DNA of 37,028 nt from Promethearchaeota archaeon (GCA_048941265.1 JBHLNT010000026.1:1-37028); one strand, 5' to 3'. Shown: positions 24,884-35,724, numbered from the stretch's first letter. A program made the numbers and translations. The notes: generated from the letters alone by a model not told the origin.

Positions 24884-25540
24884 CTAATGTTCATTGTCCA
24901 GTTGCAAATCAGTGATATTTTTCTGGTATAATAATTGATGATTCTTCTGAGCTTCATACCAAGATCCTGGAAATTTAAATTTTTCGTAATAAAAATCATC
25001 AATTGCCTTTTTCATTTGTGAAGCACAAATATCATAAGATAAACGTCCTACTCCGGTTCCCATTCCGGGGATGGCTATCTTTTTTACAAAATCTCTGATT
25101 AATTTTCCATCTGGAAATTTTTCATATCTAATCAATATCAATAATGCTCTTGTCGCTAAATAAACATTTACAGAATTTTTTAAGATCATTGGAACCCTCA
25201 TAGTGGGAGCTGATATAACAAATGGTATTATGTCATGGTCAGTTTCAACAATTTCAGCATTTCCAACCAATAATTCACCGTGATGCTTATTTTTAATAAT
25301 TTCTTGAAGTCGTTCCTGTACCTGCCATCCAAAAAATCTCGAAATTTGTAGATCTAAGCCACCATCCATGAAACCAAACGAATTCGCGGGACTTACAATT
25401 GCATCTGTATGTAAAGCAAAAATGGAACCATGGTAAATCTCGACGTTAGAATCGTAATTGAAATACTTTTTCCAAGCTTTAATCATGAGCTCATTTATAT
25501 CACATAATATTAACTTCATATCTAGACAATAAATTTTCAA
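24884..25540 (-). CDS. Macro domain (Appr-1''-p processing / ADP-ribose-binding) protein; likely start ATG 25519
   Basis: DAIVSPANSFGFMDGGLD, APTMRVP and PGMGTGVG. Confidence 0.9.
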   Translation of the reverse strand: MKIYCLDMKLILCDINELMIKAWKKYFNYDSNVEIYHGSIFALHTDAIVSPANSFGFMDGGLDLQISRFFGWQVQERLQEIIKNKHHGELLVGNAEIVETDHDIIPFVISAPTMRVPMILKNSVNVYLATRALLILIRYEKFPDGKLIRDFVKKIAIPGMGTGVGRLSYDICASQMKKAIDDFYYEKFKFPGSWYEAQKNHQLLYQKNITDLQLDNEH

Positions 25541-25638
25541 ATAATTTTATTTTTAACTTTCATTAAATTGGAATTAAGATAGTTTTTTTGATATCTGAGT
25601 CTTACATTATTGAATTTTAATACATTAAAGTGATATAA

Positions 25639-26523
25639 TTGAAATGGAAAACTGTCATTACTGAAATGATTGGCTGCCAGTATCCAATTATACTTGGTGC
25701 TTTTGCTGGCTATGATAATAAGAATTTAACTGCAGCTATTAGTAAAGCTGGGGGATTCGGTACACTCACCGCATCTTCTTATGAAAATGAAAATGAGTTT
25801 AGAGACGCACTTCAGTATATTAAAAACATTACAAATAATCCCTTTGGTGTTAACTTCTCCGTTGATGTTAATGTAAAACCAGGGCATCCATTTTTCCGAT
25901 ATTTAGAAATAGCAAAAGAAGAGGGATTAAACACCATAATAACAGCAGCTTTCAAAGCTGAAAACTTGGGAAGGAAAATAAAAGAGAAAGAAATGTTGTG
26001 GATTCATAAGGCCACAACGATGAAACATGCCATATCAGCAGAAAAATCGGGTGCTGATGCCATAATTCTAACAGGTCTAGAAGGTGGTGGATTGAAGAAT
26101 CCTCAGCAAAATACATTATTGATTAACCTAGTTAATGCTAAAAAGTTTTTAAAAAAACCTGTAATTGCTTCTGGAGGAATCTGTGATGGAAAAGGACTGT
26201 TGGCTGCTCTCGTCTTAGGTGCACAAGCAGTCCATATGTGTACTGCTTTCCTCCCTACAATTGAAAGTCCAATTCCAGAAGGTTGGAAACGGCAAATCAT
26301 TAATGCCAATTGTTTTGATCCGGATTTCATTGAACAAGTCTTACATTTTAGGTCCAACAGACCTCAATATACCGATATGTCCATGGCAATCCCAAATATT
26401 GATAAAATGATTACAGTAGAGGAAATGATAAATCAAATAATAAATGACGCAGAAGGTATTTTGAAAAACTTGATTTTTGATGATAAAGGTATTGATTTTA
26501 CGAGAGTATCAATTAATTTATAA
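25639..26523 (+). CDS. Nitronate monooxygenase/FabK-like flavin oxidoreductase
   Basis: YPII.G, AAISKAGGFG, PFGVN, GLEGGG and PVIASGGICDGKG. Confidence 0.85.
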   Translation: MKWKTVITEMIGCQYPIILGAFAGYDNKNLTAAISKAGGFGTLTASSYENENEFRDALQYIKNITNNPFGVNFSVDVNVKPGHPFFRYLEIAKEEGLNTIITAAFKAENLGRKIKEKEMLWIHKATTMKHAISAEKSGADAIILTGLEGGGLKNPQQNTLLINLVNAKKFLKKPVIASGGICDGKGLLAALVLGAQAVHMCTAFLPTIESPIPEGWKRQIINANCFDPDFIEQVLHFRSNRPQYTDMSMAIPNIDKMITVEEMINQIINDAEGILKNLIFDDKGIDFTRVSINL

Positions 26524-26614
26524 ATAGTCTATACAAATATAATAATTAACATTTAATGGAAATCATTTAAAAATTTGAGTTTAAAATCTTATTTTAAAGA
26601 ATATGTTGATGTGA

Positions 26615-27919
26615 ATGAAAGAATTAAAAGATTGTGTTGTAGTAGATGCCATTAGAACCCCCATTGGTAAATCTAGCAGAGCTCAGATGAAAAAACTAGG
26701 TGGAGCTTTCAGAGAATGTTCGGCACAAGATCTATTAATAACAGTACTACAAAAACTAATGGAAAGGACCAAAGAAAGATGTCCAGATTTCGATCCAAGT
26801 GAAATTGAAGATTGTCATGTGGGTTGTTTATCACAAATAGGAGAACAAGGAGGTAATATAGGAAGGGTGGCGGTTATAATGTCTGGCTTACCCATTGAAA
26901 TTGCAGGAGCAACAGTTGATAGGTATTGTAATGCGGGGCTTCAAGCGATAAATACATGTGCGAATGCAATAAAGGTGGGGGATGGTGATATGATGATTGC
27001 GGCAGGGGTAGAAAATATGACTCATTACAGCATGGGAATTTCTTTCCAAATCGTTACTCAAGTAAAAAATTATCCAGTTATATGGTCCGATAGAATGCAA
27101 GAATTCATGAAAATATTTGTACCGCAAGGAGTATCTGCTGAGATGATTTGTGATCGTTATGGATTTACCCGGGAACAATTAGACAGATTTGGTGCGTGGT
27201 CCCATGTGAAGGCCACTAAGGCGATGCGAAATGAAGATGAATACTATAAAAGAGTAGTTCCAGTCTCTTACTTGAAGAAATATACTGACGAAAATATGAA
27301 ACCTATCAAAGATGAGGAAACAGGTAAACAAAAACAGGAAATGGCAACCGTTACGAAAGATCAGACTGTTCGCCCCGATTATTTAGATAACCCTGAAAAA
27401 GCATGGCAAATGTTAACTTCCCTTAAACCCGTATTTCGTAAAAAGAACGGAAGAGTTACTGCAGGGAATTCATCGCAAATAGTCGATGGAGCCGCTGCAA
27501 CCTTATTAATGTCTGAAGAAAAGGCTGAATCTTTAGGATTAAAACCGATAGCTCGAATATTGTCCACCGCTGTTGCTGGAGACGAAGTAACGATAATGTT
27601 AACTGCACCGATACCAGCCAGTAGAAAGGCTCTAAAGCGAGCAGATGTAACCATTGATGACCTTGATGTTATAGAACCCAACGAAGCTTTTGCCTCACCC
27701 TGCTTAGCTTTTTGCAAAGACCTTGGATACGACTTAGACGACCCTAGACAAAACCCAACAGGTGGTGCAATATCCATAGGGCATCCTATTGGCGCGTCAG
27801 GCGTTATTTACTTCACCGAAATGGTGCATTATCTAAATAACTATAATAAACGATATGGCCTCCAAATGATGTGTGGAGGAGGAGGCGTAGGTATCGCAAC
27901 TGTAGTAGAGAGAATTTAA
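26615..27919 (+). CDS. Acetyl-CoA C-acyltransferase (thiolase)
   Basis: RTPIG, catalytic Cys in DRYCNAG, TAGNSS, NEAF, GHPIGASG and MCGGGGVG. Confidence 0.94.
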   Translation: MKELKDCVVVDAIRTPIGKSSRAQMKKLGGAFRECSAQDLLITVLQKLMERTKERCPDFDPSEIEDCHVGCLSQIGEQGGNIGRVAVIMSGLPIEIAGATVDRYCNAGLQAINTCANAIKVGDGDMMIAAGVENMTHYSMGISFQIVTQVKNYPVIWSDRMQEFMKIFVPQGVSAEMICDRYGFTREQLDRFGAWSHVKATKAMRNEDEYYKRVVPVSYLKKYTDENMKPIKDEETGKQKQEMATVTKDQTVRPDYLDNPEKAWQMLTSLKPVFRKKNGRVTAGNSSQIVDGAAATLLMSEEKAESLGLKPIARILSTAVAGDEVTIMLTAPIPASRKALKRADVTIDDLDVIEPNEAFASPCLAFCKDLGYDLDDPRQNPTGGAISIGHPIGASGVIYFTEMVHYLNNYNKRYGLQMMCGGGGVGIATVVERI

Positions 27920-27950
27920 GCTATCTTAGAAAAATTTTCCAAATCAATTA

Positions 27951-27967
27951 ATTTTTCTTTTTTTCTT
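27951..27967 (+). terminator. Putative oligo-T terminator after thiolase
   Basis: ATTTTTCTTTTTTTCTT about 30 bp after the stop codon. Confidence 0.4.
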
Positions 27968-28079
27968 ATATGTGTTATAACTAAATTGATTGAAATCCCA
28001 AAATATTTACGCTATAAAGTATATAATTTAACTTAGAATATAGAAAATTTCCCATATTTTTTTCATTAAAGATTTTAAC

Positions 28080-29702
28080 ATGAATGAGACACTTAATTTT
28101 GAATTAGAAAAGAAAATTTCCAGAGATATCATCGAGTATTTAATTAAACATCCAAAGACTACACGTCAAAAAATAACCAATATTAAAGGCCAGATTGGAA
28201 AGAAGTATAATTATAATAAAGTAATAAAGAATGCTACAATATTAGATTTTGCTTCTGAAAGGGAAAAACAGGTTATTAGTAGACTTTTAAAAAGGCGATC
28301 CACTAGAACCTTGTCCGGTGTTTCTGTAATAGCAATCATGACCAAACCTTTACCTTGTCCTGGTACTTGCATTTATTGTCCTGGGATGTCATCTCAACCA
28401 GGAGAGAAAGTTGCACAATCTTATACCGGTCGTGAACCTGCGGCACTGAGGTCAATTCATAACTATTATGATCCTTATAAGCAGGTTCAGAGTAGAATTG
28501 CAGATTTAGAAGCTATAGGCCATAGTGTTGATAAAATAGAACTCATAATTATGGGTGGAACTTTCTTATCAACAGATAAAGATTATCAAAAAACTTTTGT
28601 GAAAGGAGCTTTAGAGGGAATAATTGAAAAGAGAGTTAACAATTTAGAAAAAGCAAAACAGTATGCTGAAAAATCTGAGAGAAGGGTTATAGGGATTACT
28701 ATTGAAACCCGCCCAGATTATTGTAAAGAAACCCATGTAGATTGGATGCTAGACTATGGAACAACTCGTGTAGAGATCGGGATACAGACTATATATGAAG
28801 ATATCTACGAATTAGTTAAACGAGGCCATTCAAGTACTGATAGTATTGATGCAATTAGAATAGCCAAAGATGCTGGATTGAAAATAAACGCACATATAAT
28901 GCCAAATCTACCCGGTTCTAATTTTGCTAAAGATATCGAATTGTTCACATCTCTATTTACAATACCCGATTACCGACCTGATATGTTGAAAATCTACCCC
29001 TGTTTAGTAATTAAAGGGACAGAATTATACGATTGGTGGATTAATGGGAAGTATACTCCATATTCTACAGAAGATTTAGTTGATCTTATAGCAAACGCTA
29101 AGAAAAATCTGCCCCCCTATGTTAGAATTCAAAGAATAATGAGAGATATACCGGCTTATTTGATTGAAGCCGGCTGTAAAAATAGTAATTTGCGGCAACT
29201 TGTTCAAGAAAAATTGAAAATGATGAATGATACATGTAAATGTATTAGATGTCGCGAATACGGGATAAGTAACAGAAAAAAAGCAATAAGTGAGCGTTCA
29301 TTTGATGATATAAAATTATATCGCTTAGATTATGAAGCTTCTCAAGGAAATGAGATATTTCTCTCCTACGAAAATAAAAAAGAAAATTATTTAATTGGGT
29401 ATTTACGCTTACGAAAACCTTCTGAATTTGCCCATAGACCGGAACTAAACGATGGAAAAACCTTAATTGTTAGAGAAATTAAAGTAGTTGGAGAATTAGT
29501 CCCTAAAGATTTAAAACCTAATAGATTTACTCAAATTCAACACAGAGGCTATGGTAAATTATTAATGGACAATGCAGAAAAAATCTCACTCGAAAATTTT
29601 GACGCACACAAATTGGCTGTTATTAGTGGAATTGGAGCTAAAGATTGGTTCTATTCTCTTGCTTATAAACCTGACGGACCGTATGTTTCTAAGAAGATAT
29701 AG
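28080..29702 (+). CDS. elp3: Elp3 tRNA uridine(34) acetyltransferase (radical SAM + KAT)
   Basis: RTLSGV, CPGTCIYCP, QSYTGREPA, GGTF, ETRPD, KIYP and QHRGYG. Confidence 0.96.
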   Translation: MNETLNFELEKKISRDIIEYLIKHPKTTRQKITNIKGQIGKKYNYNKVIKNATILDFASEREKQVISRLLKRRSTRTLSGVSVIAIMTKPLPCPGTCIYCPGMSSQPGEKVAQSYTGREPAALRSIHNYYDPYKQVQSRIADLEAIGHSVDKIELIIMGGTFLSTDKDYQKTFVKGALEGIIEKRVNNLEKAKQYAEKSERRVIGITIETRPDYCKETHVDWMLDYGTTRVEIGIQTIYEDIYELVKRGHSSTDSIDAIRIAKDAGLKINAHIMPNLPGSNFAKDIELFTSLFTIPDYRPDMLKIYPCLVIKGTELYDWWINGKYTPYSTEDLVDLIANAKKNLPPYVRIQRIMRDIPAYLIEAGCKNSNLRQLVQEKLKMMNDTCKCIRCREYGISNRKKAISERSFDDIKLYRLDYEASQGNEIFLSYENKKENYLIGYLRLRKPSEFAHRPELNDGKTLIVREIKVVGELVPKDLKPNRFTQIQHRGYGKLLMDNAEKISLENFDAHKLAVISGIGAKDWFYSLAYKPDGPYVSKKI

Positions 29703-30039
29703 ACCCGGATTTTGTAACAAATAACATGGTTTTATTAACCTTGTTAAAGTATTTTGAACAAATCTATTGGATTGGAATCGTAAATAGAACGGATTTAACT
29801 TTTCACATTCGAGTATCAAAAAAAGAACATAGGGAAGATTATGATTTTATATAAAATTATCTTTTAAAAGTTGCCAATATTTCTCAAAATAATGAGAGAC
29901 TTTATTTAAAAGAGACACTAATTTAACTTTAAATTTTGTGAGAAATATTATATTTTTCATCCTCGTTATAGATTATGGAACAATAAAATCAATTAACTCT
30001 ATAAAAAAACAATAAATTATAATAAAAATTTGATTAACT

Positions 30040-31959
30040 ATGGAAGAATTTGATTATGAAGAATTAGGCCTCATGTGTGGTCTTGAAATTCATCAACAAC
30101 TTGATTCTAAAACAAAATTATTTTGTAGGTGTCCGAATGAACTACAAGGAACACGCGAACCTGATTTTACCATAAAACGATTCATGAGACCTGTCTTAGG
30201 AGAAATGGGTACTTATGATGAGGCTATGCTTACCGAATATGAAAAAGGCATGGACATAATATACGAGGGCTATAACGATGTAATCTGTACATATGAATTA
30301 GATGAAACACCACCTTTTGAATGTAACAATGAAGCTAGGAAAATTGCTCTGGAAATTGCTCTCTTACTTCATGCTAATATTATTGAAGAAATGCATGTAT
30401 GTAGAAAAAACTACCTTGATGGGAGTGTCCCTTGCGGATTTCAAAGAACGATGATACTAGCTAAAGATGGCTATGTCGATTTAGAAAGTGGAAAAAAAAT
30501 TGGCATTGATATTCTTTGTTTAGAAGAAGATGCTGCCAGGAAAATTAAAACCGAAAATAAGACAAATTTTTTTAGATTGGATCGATTAGGAATTCCATTA
30601 GTAGAAGTTACAACTAAACCAGATATCCGCGATCCATACGAGTGCCGTGAAACAGCCGAGCGTCTTGGATTATTACTATGGACATCTAATGTTAAAAAGG
30701 TACTAGGCTCCATACGTCAAGATGTTAATGTAAGCATTAAAGAGGGGACTAGAATCGAGATTAAAGGCGTTCAGAAATTAGATTGGATTCCTACATTAAT
30801 CAATCATGAAGTTTCCAGACAATTAAAAATACTTGAAATTAAAGAAGAATTAGAGAAACGGAATTTAAAAGAAGAAAGTATCTCAAGTAAGCCTATTGAT
30901 TTGTCTAAAATACTGGCAAGTACTAAATCTAATTTCATTGCTAAAGGAATAAAGTCTGGTAAAAAACTTTATGGAATCAATATCAATGGTTTCAAAGGAA
31001 TTTTTGGCGTAGAATTGATGGAAGATTATCGATTTGGTACCGAAGTAAGTAGTAAAGTCAAATCTATTTCTGGATTAAAAGGAATTATTCATTCGGATGA
31101 AAATTTAAAAAATTATAAATTTTCTGACGAGGATATTAAAAAAATTTACAAGCGATTAGATTCAAAAGAAAATGACTGTTTTGTGTTGGTATTAGGAACC
31201 AAGGATGAAATTGATAAAGCAATGGATGTCATTATTAATAGGGTAAAATTTGCATTCAAGGGAGTTCCACCCGAAACGCGAAGAGCCTTAGAAAATGGAA
31301 ATACAGAATTTTTGAGAGAGTTACACGGTGGTGCCAGACTTTATCCTGATACAGATTCTAAAACAATATTAAATACAGAAAAAGAAATTACTAATATAAA
31401 AGAAAATCTTCCAGAGTATCCATGGACCATCATCAAGCAATACTCTAATAAATATAAGATGGAAGAGCGATTAATTAAAGAATTAATTTTTACTGGAAAT
31501 TTAAATCTTTTTAATGAACTACTTAAAATCTTACCTGAAAATCCTACTCTTATAATCACTACCCTGTTAGAAACAACTACGGCTCTAAGAAGAGATGGGA
31601 AGGAAGTAGAAAATATAACACAGAAGGATTTTATTGATATTTTTACTCTTTTAAAACACAACGAAATCGGCAAAGAAGCTATCGAAGAATTTATGATCAC
31701 AAAGTCCGATAATCCCAATTCCACAATAGATAAACTCAAAAAAGAGTTGCAAATTGAAAAAATTTCTAAAGACGACTTAAAGAAAATCATCCTTGATATC
31801 ATAAATACCAACATGGATATTGTTAAAGAGAAAGAAATGAGAGCCATGGGACCCTTGATGGGAGAAGTTATGAAAAAAGTAAGAGGAAAAATTGACGGGA
31901 AAATAGTATCGAATGAATTAAAAACAACACTACAAAAAAAATTAGTGGAGTTGAAATAA
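30040..31959 (+). CDS. gatE: Glu-tRNA(Gln) amidotransferase subunit E
   Basis: GLEIHQQL, DGS...GFQRT, LEEDAAR, LDRLGIPL, IRQDVNVSI, GVPPETR and RLYPDTD. Confidence 0.96.
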   Translation: MEEFDYEELGLMCGLEIHQQLDSKTKLFCRCPNELQGTREPDFTIKRFMRPVLGEMGTYDEAMLTEYEKGMDIIYEGYNDVICTYELDETPPFECNNEARKIALEIALLLHANIIEEMHVCRKNYLDGSVPCGFQRTMILAKDGYVDLESGKKIGIDILCLEEDAARKIKTENKTNFFRLDRLGIPLVEVTTKPDIRDPYECRETAERLGLLLWTSNVKKVLGSIRQDVNVSIKEGTRIEIKGVQKLDWIPTLINHEVSRQLKILEIKEELEKRNLKEESISSKPIDLSKILASTKSNFIAKGIKSGKKLYGININGFKGIFGVELMEDYRFGTEVSSKVKSISGLKGIIHSDENLKNYKFSDEDIKKIYKRLDSKENDCFVLVLGTKDEIDKAMDVIINRVKFAFKGVPPETRRALENGNTEFLRELHGGARLYPDTDSKTILNTEKEITNIKENLPEYPWTIIKQYSNKYKMEERLIKELIFTGNLNLFNELLKILPENPTLIITTLLETTTALRRDGKEVENITQKDFIDIFTLLKHNEIGKEAIEEFMITKSDNPNSTIDKLKKELQIEKISKDDLKKIILDIINTNMDIVKEKEMRAMGPLMGEVMKKVRGKIDGKIVSNELKTTLQKKLVELK

Positions 31960-33318
31960 TTGGCAGAAGATTTAAAAGGTTATAAAGGCAAAGGAAAGGA
32001 AATTTTAAAGAAAAATAAAGTTGACATCTGGGATATTATTAAAGTCCAAATTAAAGAGGGAGAATATGAAGGTATCGTGCTCCCCAGAAATGAGTATTCC
32101 GCTCCAGATTATATTGAAATTAAGCTTGAAAATAATTACAATATCGGCATTCACGCATCTCACATCCTCAAAATTGAAAAAATTGGGAAAAGAGAAGCAC
32201 ATTATAAGATTCCAGAAAAAAAATTTCCTGTGAATAAAAAACTCCCGAATGTTATACTTTTTGGAACCGGGGGAACTGTGGCTTCAAGATTAGATTATAC
32301 TACAGGGGCAGTCATTCCATCTTTCACTCCCGGTGAATTATTTAGCGCTGTCCCAGAATTAGCTGAAATCTGCAATCTTGAAACGGAAATTATTTTCGAA
32401 ATTCTCTCAGAAAACATGAGACCCGAATTTTGGCAGCAATTAGCGAAAAAAGTGGAAGATGCGGCAAATTCAGGAAAAGATGGGGTAGTTATAGGCCATG
32501 GAACAGATACCATGAGCTACACATCGGCAGCTCTATCATTCATGCTCCAAGATTTATCAATCCCCGTTGTTCTTGTGGGAAGTCAAAGGAGCTCTGACAG
32601 ACCTTCCTCGGATGCTGCCTTAAATCTGATTAATGCAACGACTGTGGCAACTTCCGACATTGCTGAAGTAGTAGTTACGATGTTAGGTTCCACTTCACAC
32701 GATTATGGGTTAATCCATAGAGGAACTTTGGTCAGAAAAATGCATTCTTCGGTTCGAAATACCTTCCGATCAATTGACGATATTCCATTGGGAATGATTC
32801 AAAACAGGATCATAAAAATGTTCAAAAATGAATATCATAAACGATCGAAATCTCAAACAAACGCCCGCCCTAATTTTGAGAAAAAAGTGGCCTTAGTTTA
32901 TTCATATCCGGGATTGGATAATGACCTTATCGACTTTTATATTGATAAAGGATATAAAGGGATTGTCTTTGCTGGCACGGGACTGGGGCATGTAAGTACA
33001 ACTGTCTATGAATCCATTCAAAGAGCCGTTCAAGAGGGAATTATCGTTCTTATGACCACGCAAACTCTGCATGGTTTTGTAGGGATGAATGTGTACTCAA
33101 CCGGAAGAGAACTACAAAATATTGGAGTCATCCCAGGAAAAAATATGCTACCCGAAGTCGGTTATGTAAAATTGGGATGGATTTTAGGACAAACTACCAA
33201 CCCTCAAGAAGTCAAAGAACTGCTCTTGAAAAATCTTGCTGGAGAGATTATTGAAAGAGAAATTCCTATCGCATTCAATTATAATATAGATGAATTATTA
33301 AAAAATAATAAACTCTAA
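31960..33318 (+). CDS. gatD: Glu-tRNA(Gln) amidotransferase subunit D
   Basis: TGGTVASRLDY, HGTDT, GSQRSSDRPSSD, RKMHSS and GTGLGH. Confidence 0.96.
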   Translation: MAEDLKGYKGKGKEILKKNKVDIWDIIKVQIKEGEYEGIVLPRNEYSAPDYIEIKLENNYNIGIHASHILKIEKIGKREAHYKIPEKKFPVNKKLPNVILFGTGGTVASRLDYTTGAVIPSFTPGELFSAVPELAEICNLETEIIFEILSENMRPEFWQQLAKKVEDAANSGKDGVVIGHGTDTMSYTSAALSFMLQDLSIPVVLVGSQRSSDRPSSDAALNLINATTVATSDIAEVVVTMLGSTSHDYGLIHRGTLVRKMHSSVRNTFRSIDDIPLGMIQNRIIKMFKNEYHKRSKSQTNARPNFEKKVALVYSYPGLDNDLIDFYIDKGYKGIVFAGTGLGHVSTTVYESIQRAVQEGIIVLMTTQTLHGFVGMNVYSTGRELQNIGVIPGKNMLPEVGYVKLGWILGQTTNPQEVKELLLKNLAGEIIEREIPIAFNYNIDELLKNNKL

Positions 33319-33448
33319 ATTTTCTTAAATCAATCTGATAGAAAAATAAATCTATCATTATCTTTTTAATAGCTTTTAGTTATTTTCTAAGAAAAATCAT
33401 AAAAATTTTAAACTTTAATTAATTAAAATATCCTAATTATTCTATTTC

Positions 33449-34180
33449 GTGAAGCAAATGGGAAAAAGAATTCTCGTACAACGGAAAGGACATGGACATC
33501 TATGGGCACGATCTCCTAGTCATAGACATATTGGTAAGGTTAGATATCGCCCTTTCAAAGAAGGACAAGATCAATTTAAATTTCGAGTGATTGAACTTAT
33601 TCACTCGCCGGGAAGAATGACCCCCGTGGCTAAAGTTAAATATGACGATGGTGAAAAAGGATTATGGCTTCCTCCAGAAGGTATTTTTGAAGGGGATGAA
33701 TTTATTCAAGCTAAGGGCGGTCAACCAGTTGAAGTTGGAAATATCTTGCCTCTAAAAGTAATTCCTCTAGGGACTTTCGTATATAATATTGAAGGAAAAC
33801 CCCAAGACGGAGGTAAATTTGCTAGAGCCTCAGGAGTAGCAGCTATCGTAAGAGATAGAGCGGGAAATAAAACTGAATTGCTATTTCGTTCTAAAAAAAG
33901 AAGATGGTTTAACGAAAATTGTCTCTGTACGGTAGGAGTTGTTGCTGGTGGTGGCAGAACGGACAAACCTTTTGTCAAAGCAGGAAATAAATTCTATTAT
34001 ATTCAATCTAAAGCTAAAAAATGGCCTATTGTCCGAGGATGCGCTATGAATGCCTCTGATCATCCCTTTGGCGGTGGAAGACATAAACATCCACATATTT
34101 CAACCACAACTTCGAGATATGCACCTCCTGGTAGAAAAGTGGGTTTAATTGCTGCAAGAAAAACTGGACGCGGTAAATAA
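33449..34180 (+). CDS. rpl2: 50S ribosomal protein uL2 (likely start ATG 33458)
   Basis: MGKRILVQRKG, GVVAGGGR, WPIVRGCAMNASDHPFGGG and PPGRKVGLIAARKTG. Confidence 0.97.
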   Translation: MKQMGKRILVQRKGHGHLWARSPSHRHIGKVRYRPFKEGQDQFKFRVIELIHSPGRMTPVAKVKYDDGEKGLWLPPEGIFEGDEFIQAKGGQPVEVGNILPLKVIPLGTFVYNIEGKPQDGGKFARASGVAAIVRDRAGNKTELLFRSKKRRWFNENCLCTVGVVAGGGRTDKPFVKAGNKFYYIQSKAKKWPIVRGCAMNASDHPFGGGRHKHPHISTTTSRYAPPGRKVGLIAARKTGRGK

Positions 34181-34326
34181 TTCTAATCTATTTTGATAAC
34201 CATCCATTTTTGTTATTTATAACCCCATTGAATCATTTAATGATGATGCACTCTATTGTATTTCATTTTAGTAAAAAAATACAGTAAAAAAAAAATAATT
34301 TTATTAATTTCATCTAATTGATGACT

Positions 34327-35724
34327 TTAAAGGCCTTTTTCGCGTAAACTTTTCATTAATTGTTCTCTTTTCTCTCCTTTGAGATTGTAATATAAAACCA
34401 TTACTATAGCTCCAATGAAACAACAGGCTGCAGGTATTCCTCCTATAAGTATCCGAATCCCCATTTGGGCAGACGCACTCTGCTTAGACGCACCCGGGAC
34501 ATACCCCGTTGCAATAAAAATGCCTGCCATAACAATACCAATAATCGCCCAACAAAACCGAAAGAAAAAGTTATTAATTCCGACAAGTGCTGCTTCTTGG
34601 TGAACCCCAGCTGCGTTAGTAACCTCATCATATGCATCCGAAAAAACTGACTGCCAAACGGCATAAAAACCAGTCGATGCTATTCCTGCTATAAGATGCC
34701 ATAAAACATATTCAAATAAAGTCGTATACCACATAGCAGCTAAATATGCAACACCTAAACCTATCAAACCTAGCGCCCATGTATTCGAATGTCCCAATCT
34801 ATCTGCAACAAAACGAGACCATATCCAAATTGATATTAGAAAACCTACAGTATATGATATAGCAGCATATGCTATTGCTTCAACACCTAGGTTCAAGACA
34901 TCCTCAACAAGATATAATGTAGCTGCATAATATAAGGCATAGCTAAATGTGAACATCGCGAAAGAAAAAAGAGTTAACATATAATTTCTTTGTTTAAACA
35001 CGATTTTAAGGAACTTAAAGTAGGGCAATTTTCTTTCCTTTAAGTATTCCCACACCGCAAGATAACGCGTTTTTACCGCTTCACTTTCATGGATTCCGGG
35101 AATAAAAAGGACGAGAGCAATACCTATCACTATAGCTGTGAATATTGCACATCTAATATATGAGCTGGGATCTCCGGTTACAAGAATGAGAGGAATTAAG
35201 ATTCCCATCATAATAAATCGTGATAATGTACCCATGAACTGACCTATTGTACCACCCTTCCTGCGATCTTCCCTAGTACGAAATACATTAGCAAAACCTC
35301 CGTAGGCATGACAAGTAAGAATTGTATAAAAGGTGTCGTAAAGACATATCATGATTACAATATACCAAAATATCGGCCAAGGATCCTTCTTCGGGTCAAC
35401 ATTAGGTACCGTGAATATGAGGACATAAAATATCGTAGTTAGAATACCTCCCATAAGGATCCACGGCATTCGCAACCCCCATTTTTTCGACCATCGCATG
35501 GGCTTATCAGTCAGAAATCCAATGAGAGGATCGTTAATCATATTCCATATCGCGAAGATTGTAAATGCAAGACCCACTAAAACAGTAGATAATCCGATCT
35601 CGACCTGGTAATAGTGGAATAGCAATAACAACTGACCTGCTATTACAATATAATCAAATAGCCATATCATCGAGTAAGATGTCCTTTTCCCAATCGAAAC
35701 TTTCTCATCTTCCCATTCCGTCAT
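34327..35724 (-). CDS. MFS transporter, glycoside-pentoside-hexuronide (GPH/MelB-like) family
   Basis: About 12 TM segments and the WNMINDPLIGFLTD...WGLRMPW signature. Confidence 0.88.
   Translation of the reverse strand: MTEWEDEKVSIGKRTSYSMIWLFDYIVIAGQLLLLFHYYQVEIGLSTVLVGLAFTIFAIWNMINDPLIGFLTDKPMRWSKKWGLRMPWILMGGILTTIFYVLIFTVPNVDPKKDPWPIFWYIVIMICLYDTFYTILTCHAYGGFANVFRTREDRRKGGTIGQFMGTLSRFIMMGILIPLILVTGDPSSYIRCAIFTAIVIGIALVLFIPGIHESEAVKTRYLAVWEYLKERKLPYFKFLKIVFKQRNYMLTLFSFAMFTFSYALYYAATLYLVEDVLNLGVEAIAYAAISYTVGFLISIWIWSRFVADRLGHSNTWALGLIGLGVAYLAAMWYTTLFEYVLWHLIAGIASTGFYAVWQSVFSDAYDEVTNAAGVHQEAALVGINNFFFRFCWAIIGIVMAGIFIATGYVPGASKQSASAQMGIRILIGGIPAACCFIGAIVMVLYYNLKGEKREQLMKSLREKGL

Noticed and set aside
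29586-29819. 77-aa minus-strand ORF overlapping the elp3 3' end
   Set aside because: It overlaps a conserved gene antisense and has no recognisable motif or RBS.
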